A stretch of 64,000 nucleotides of DNA from Elsinoe ampelina (Eukaryota). The DNA is taken from NCBI GenBank assembly GCA_010093995.1, contig ML992505.1:473433-537432 (forward strand), given 5' to 3'. Made by a program: the position numbers and the translations under genes. The stretch's first letter is position 1. Every line of letters begins with the position of its first letter. Shown here piece after piece: positions 58,853-64,000 of this stretch. The notes beneath the pieces were generated by a model. The model had not been told where the DNA came from. It worked only from the letters and a program-made list of their open reading frames with translations, and ran no database searches.

Positions 58853-58935
58853 GCTCTGGAGCATTTTCTTGAGCTTGACCATCACCTTCTCTTCACCCGC
58901 CAAAACTACACATTCGCTCATTTTGCTCTCTCACA

Positions 58936-60142
58936 ATGGCCAACTTCTTCGACATCCGAGCTCGACAGGCTGCAGCCGCTGCCAATGCGGCGTCTGCGAA
59001 AGCCACAGCGTCCTCGAACACAAAGGAGGACACCACACGCCTACAGCCATGGGTTGAGAAATAGTACCCCTCCCCCGACTCCTATCTGATCTCTCCCTAA
59101 CAATCCCCTCAGCCGACCGAAAACCCTCTCCGAAGTCTCCTCCCAATCCCACACAACCGTCACCCTCGCTCGCGCCCTCCAATCCACCAACCTCCCCCAT
59201 ATGCTCTTCTACGGCCCCCCGGGCACCGGCAAAACCAGCACTATCCTCGCGCTCTGCCGGCAGCTCTTCGGGCCTCTCCTCCTCCCTTCACGGGTCCTCG
59301 AACTCAACGCCTCCGACGAGCGCGGCATCTCCATCGTGCGAGATAAGATCAAGAACTTCGCTCGCATGCAACTAAGCAACGTCCCGGCCGGTCCACAGGG
59401 CAAGGAGTATCTCGAGAAATACCCATGTCCGCCATTCAAGATCATCGTGCTGGACGAGGCGGACAGCATGACGCAGGACGCGCAGAGTGCGTTGCGCCGA
59501 ACGATGGAGACGTATGCGCGGGTCACGAGGTTTTGTTTGATTTGCAATTATGTGACGAGGATTATTGATCCGTTGGCGAGTAGGTGTAGTAAGTTCCGAT
59601 TCAAAATGCTGGCGGGAGGGGACGCGGAGGAGAGGGTCAGGGATGTGGCGAGGTTGGAAGGGGTGAGGGTGCAGGAGGGAGTGGTGGAGAGGATCGTGGA
59701 ATGTGCGGAGGGAGATTTGAGAAAGGCGATTACGTTTTTGCAGTCGGCAGCGAGATTGGTCGGGGCGCAGAGTAGAGATGGGGATATGGAGGTTGATGGT
59801 GAGGGGGAGGTGACGCTGGAGGCTGTGGAGGAGATTGCGGGTGTGGTGCCGCCGGGGTTGATTGATAGGTTGGTGAAGGCCATGCAGGGAGGCGGGAGGG
59901 GAGGTTTGTACGAGAAGGTGGCGGATGTGGTTGAGGAATTGGTGGCGGAGGGTTGGAGCGCGACGCAGCTGGTGGGACAGCTTTATGACAAGGTAGTCAT
60001 GAGCGAGGGAGTGGCGGATAAGCATAAGAATCGGATTGTTATGGCGTTCTCGGAGACGGACAAGAGGTTGGTGGATGGATCAGATGAGCACCTGACTATG
60101 CTCGACCTGGCATTACAGATTGCCGAAATTCTACGATCATAG
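58936..60142 (+). CDS. RFC2: Replication factor C small subunit 2
   Basis: QPWVEKY|RPK across intron 59064-59112; GPPGTGKT, ELNASDERGI, LDEADSMT, SRC, GDLRKAI. Confidence 0.93.
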
Positions 60143-60279
60143 CATGGCGACGAGGTCAGCACAGAGGACATGAAGCATTTCCAGCGCGGCGTCAAGGGCA
60201 GGGCACATTCACAGCATGAATACATAAGCATGACTCTCCATCAAAAGCATTTCTCATTTTTCTAATGCTATCATCCCCT

Positions 60280-60477
60280 TCACGAGATTGTACACTTGAT
60301 CGGCAACCCACAAGGCCCCTCCTTCTCCTTCTTCTCCTCCGCCGCCGCCGGTGCCGTCGCCCTCGACGCCCCAGCACCACCCGCCCCATTCTTCTGCCCC
60401 TCAGGCTTGACCTGATGCTCACCGTCCTTCTTCACCTCCTCCTTCGCAGCAGCAGCCCCCGGCTTACCGCCATCTAG
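60280..60477 (-). other. Putative stop-codon-readthrough extension ending in a CaaX box
   Basis: TGA CTA G followed by 65 in-frame sense codons, ending EKEGPCGLPIKCTIS-TGA. Confidence 0.75.
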
Positions 60478-61156
60478 TCACGCGAAACTAACCTTGTTAA
60501 CAGCCTCAAAGAACGCCTTGCCCTGGGCTTCCGCAACCTGGATCTCCTTCTCACTAGGCTGCCTGCTCCCATCCGCACCAGCAAACGTGCCAGCACCCCA
60601 AGCACTCCCACCCCTCACCTCGCTCAAATCCGCCAGCAGGGAGAACGTCGTCTTATACCCCAACGGCACGTAGATAATCCCATGATGCGCCAACGTGCTC
60701 ATGGCCGCGACGGCGGTGCTCTCCTGCCCTCCGCCCTGCGAGGCCGTGCTGACGAACAGTCCGGCGTACTTGCCCCAGTACGCGCCTTGCTGCCACTGCT
60801 GGCCCGTCTTGTCCCAGAACGTCTTCCACTGGGCGGGGAAGTTGCCGTAGCGGGTGGGGATGCCGAAGAGGAAGGCGTCGTATTGTTCGAGGGTGGCGGG
60901 GTCGTCGAGGGTGGGGATGTCGGTGGGTTTCGGGGGCGCGTGCATCATTTCGAGGACGTTTTGGGGGAGGGTTTCGGGGATTCTGGAGGGGGGGGAAAGG
61001 TCAGTGAGGCCCGGGAGGGAGGGGGTCGAGGGGGGGAACGTACTGGTAGATGTCGGCTGTGCCGCCGGCGGCTTCGATGCCTTTCTTCTCGGCCTCGGCG
61101 AGGGTCTTGATGTGTCCGTAGAGGGAGTAGTAGACGATGGCGATCTTGGGGGCCAT
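60478..61156 (-). CDS. Flavodoxin-like NAD(P)H:quinone oxidoreductase (WrbA/Pst2/Ycp4/Alt a 7 family)
   Basis: [15 protein letters not shown] at 61156, intron 60983-61043; [38 protein letters not shown]. Confidence 0.93.
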
Positions 61157-61849
61157 TTTGGATGTGTGGTAAGGGGGTTGTTGGATGAGAAGTGGTGTGG
61201 GTTGTGGAGGGAGGTGTTCAGAAAGTGGATGATGAGGAGGATAGTCAAGGAGCTCCCCTGGCTATTTGTACGAATGACAGCATAGCTCCCCAGTCCCGGC
61301 AATGAAGCATTTCGCAGCTCCGGCAACAGACAGTCCAAACTCAATCAGGCAAGGGTAGCGCTACCTGGCATGCAGCTGGCCAATTGGATGCGTTGATGCA
61401 TTTCTAATCGCTTACGAGCAGCTGAGAATCGCAAAATCCCAGAGATGGAGCTTTTCCGCGAACGCCGCAAAAATGGTAAGCTCCCCCCACACGATCAAGA
61501 TGTCATATTACCAAGACCGGACTAATGCAAGGCACGAGAACCAGACGTGGTCAGTCGCCGCAAATCATCGGTGCGATTTTGTTTGGGCCTGGTTGGCGCT
61601 GCGCTCTTCATTTCACCTCGAGATCGGGAATTGGCTGCCATCCACTCTTTGCGTGTAGATTGCTCGACTTGGTCACTGACTAGCAATAATGATGCAGTGA
61701 CGTCGTTGGCCGGGTAATCCCTGTCTCGTATATTGCATGATCGGTGGGGCTGAAGAGGGGGAGCTTGTTAGAGGAGCAGAAAGTGTCAATAAGTTAGACT
61801 ACGTCCATTTGAGCACTAATCGTCGTCTCCCCTTGACGCCTACGCTGTC

Positions 61850-63655
61850 TCACTCCCAAATCAACTTGACATACTCCCACTTGTGCTTGTACTTTGGCCG
61901 CGGCGTCTCTTCGGCGATAATATCCTCCAAGCCCGTCACCAGATCAACCTCTTCTGGCGGATGCGCCCACGGGTCTTTTGCATCAAAGTACGACCAGATT
62001 CTATGACCAAAGTAAAATGCAAAGAACAATGGGAGACCAACGTAAGCAGTGAAGAATCTGCTTACGCTCCACCTCGACGGGAAGAACGTGTCAAACCCAT
62101 TGATCAGTGCAAGGACAGCGAAACCGGCGATCGAGACGTATGAACCCCATGGCTGCATCCAGCTATGGTACGGCTTATCGGCGTCCTTGATACCTTGTGC
62201 TTCGCACGCTTTGCGGAAACGGAGGTAGGTGATGGCGCAGCAAATCCAAGAGATGAAGGCGGATTGATTGGTGAGATTGACGAACCAATTGAAGACCACT
62301 GCAGCTCCGGAAGACACGTTCAGGTAAGAGAGCGGGACGTACAGGGCTGTGAGGCCGATGGCGGCATAGGGGACGCCGTTCTTGCCGCAATACTTGAACA
62401 CACTGGGTGCGTTGCCGGAGAGAGCCAGGGCGTACAAGCTACGAGAAGACAGGTACATGAAGGAATTGCCAGACGACCAAGCCGAGACGATGATGCCGGC
62501 ATTGATGATGCTGTCCAGGACGGGGATGCCGGCATTGGCGATACCGACGACAAAGGGAGATGAACCCGCCCCTGCACCGCCAGAGGTGAGACGTGCGTCG
62601 TCTGATGGGCAGATGACGGAGATGCAAAGCACACCGGTAACGTAGAAGAAGACGAGACGGAAGAAGTAGCGTCGGCCAGCGATAGGTAGGTTGCGACGAG
62701 GTGAGTCGACTTCTCCACCAGTAGCGACTAGCAGTTCGGGTGCAAAGGCAAAGGGGAAGGCGGATAGAACCTACCATAATCAGTATACACGGTTGAGACT
62801 CCTTTCAAGCTTTACTCACCCAGGTCCTGAGCAATGCCAGAAACCGTCCCGTATCCTCATTACTCGTGACCAGAAACACATTGGCAGCCCTCGGACGCTG
62901 CCAATACCGAAACCCAAGCCTATCGTTCGTTGGTCCTCCACCAAAGAACAGGATGATAGAGACAAAGATCAGCCCAATCATCATGATAATCTTCGTCCCA
63001 GCAAACCAAAACTCCGTCTCGCCATAAAACTTGACCGGCAGCAAATTCAGCCCGACAATGACCACAATCATGACCGTGATCCACACCGCGATATTGACAG
63101 GCGGCTCCCAGTACTCAATCACCAACGCCGCGGCCGTAATCTCGTACGGCACGAGGATCCCCAAAGAGTACCAGTACAGCCAACCCATGGCGAAGCCGAG
63201 GGAGCGGGAGACGTATCGGTACCCGAACAGGTTCATGGAGCAGCCTTTGGTGGGACACCAGGAGGAGACCTCCGTAATGCCTGTCACTACGCACCAGACC
63301 AGGAATGTCATCCAGCAGAAGGCGCCGAAGAGGAACGCAGGGCCTCCGATGGCGAGTGTTTGTCCTGTGCCGACGAAGAGACCGGTGCCGATGGTTCCGC
63401 CCCTACCAGCGTGTCAAGTCTACAATTGTGTCCTGTCTAGCGGTCCACTTACAGTGCTATCATCTGGCAATGCCTGCTCTTGAGCCCGCGTTGGGTGCTG
63501 TTATAGCGATCATCGTACAGGTCACCGGTGAGGACATCTGGGTTGACCAGCGAGCCTTTCCGCTCCGCAGTATTCGCACCCGCGCCCTTCTTCTCTGCGC
63601 ATATTTCTGCAGCCCGGTGGTCGTACGCAGGGAGATCTGGTCTGACCGTGATCAT
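61850..63655 (-). CDS. Amino-acid permease (APC/YAT family, Put4-like)
   Basis: RGLKSRHCQMIAL|GGTIGTGLFVG, FAMGWLYWY, YGETEFWF, SSPFV, SSRSLYALA; introns 63403-63452 and 62771-62819. Confidence 0.9.
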
Positions 63656-63742
63656 GATTGGGACAGGTCACGCGACCTGGTAGGAGGTATTCAAGAACAA
63701 ATTGCTGTAGTAACACCAGGCACAAGTGGACAGACGCGGTAG

Positions 63743-63977
63743 GAGATAAGCAGGAATACGCACATAGATATACCTACCTGTTCTGTATCTGCAGGGCACA
63801 GAGTACAACGCAGACCAAGTCTCTTGCCAAAGACACTGTCAGCTTGGGATCCGCTTGATTCCCTTGTCCCGTGATAGAATTTGGGGGTGAGCTCACGTCG
63901 ATCGTCCAACAAGATGTCTGCATGTCGGCTTGAAGCGGGCAAGCGTTCCTTGGTAGGGTCCTGGCCGAGAGATAAGT
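63743..63977. promoter_or_regulatory. GATA sites upstream of the permease (possible AreA/nitrogen control)
   Basis: AGATAA near 63743 and 63970, TGATAG near 63872. Short motifs. Confidence 0.3.
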
Positions 63978-64000
63978 GCAGTGTCGGCGCCGTCTCAGCG

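Noticed and set aside
60474..60492. 19-nt intron GTTAGT..TAG removing the quinone reductase stop
   Set aside because: Too short for a spliceosomal intron here, and it would shift out of the CaaX frame.

Overview
Gene-dense window of a filamentous ascomycete genome (GT-AG introns of about 43-61 nt with CTRAY-type branch sites, and RIP; Dothideomycete-like, species not determinable here). It holds 27 protein-coding loci. Housekeeping genes: DHHC palmitoyltransferase, Env7-like and haspin-like kinases, annexin, Dug1 dipeptidase, C1-THF synthase, eIF3i, RFC2, Dsc4-like protein. Accessory genes: NACHT/NLR-like protein, P450, GT1 glycosyltransferase, secreted PAN/apple protein, VIT-vWA protein, GGT, amino-acid permease. 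It also has a four-gene sugar-utilisation cluster (GH39-like, MFS transporter, GH31, Zn-finger TF), a frameshifted secreted amidase, a complete but RIP-destroyed Fot1/pogo transposon (perfect 41-bp TIRs, TA target duplication) and a 30-N assembly gap. Best finding: the Pst2/Ycp4-family flavodoxin-like quinone reductase ends in the canonical readthrough context UGA-CUAG, followed by 65 open in-frame codons ending in GPCGLPIKCTIS. One gene may therefore make both a soluble isoform and a CaaX-prenylated membrane isoform by stop-codon readthrough. Second: about a dozen ~1-kb domains switch sharply from C/A-rich to G/T-rich, regardless of gene orientation. All family assignments come from motif recognition, not database searches.
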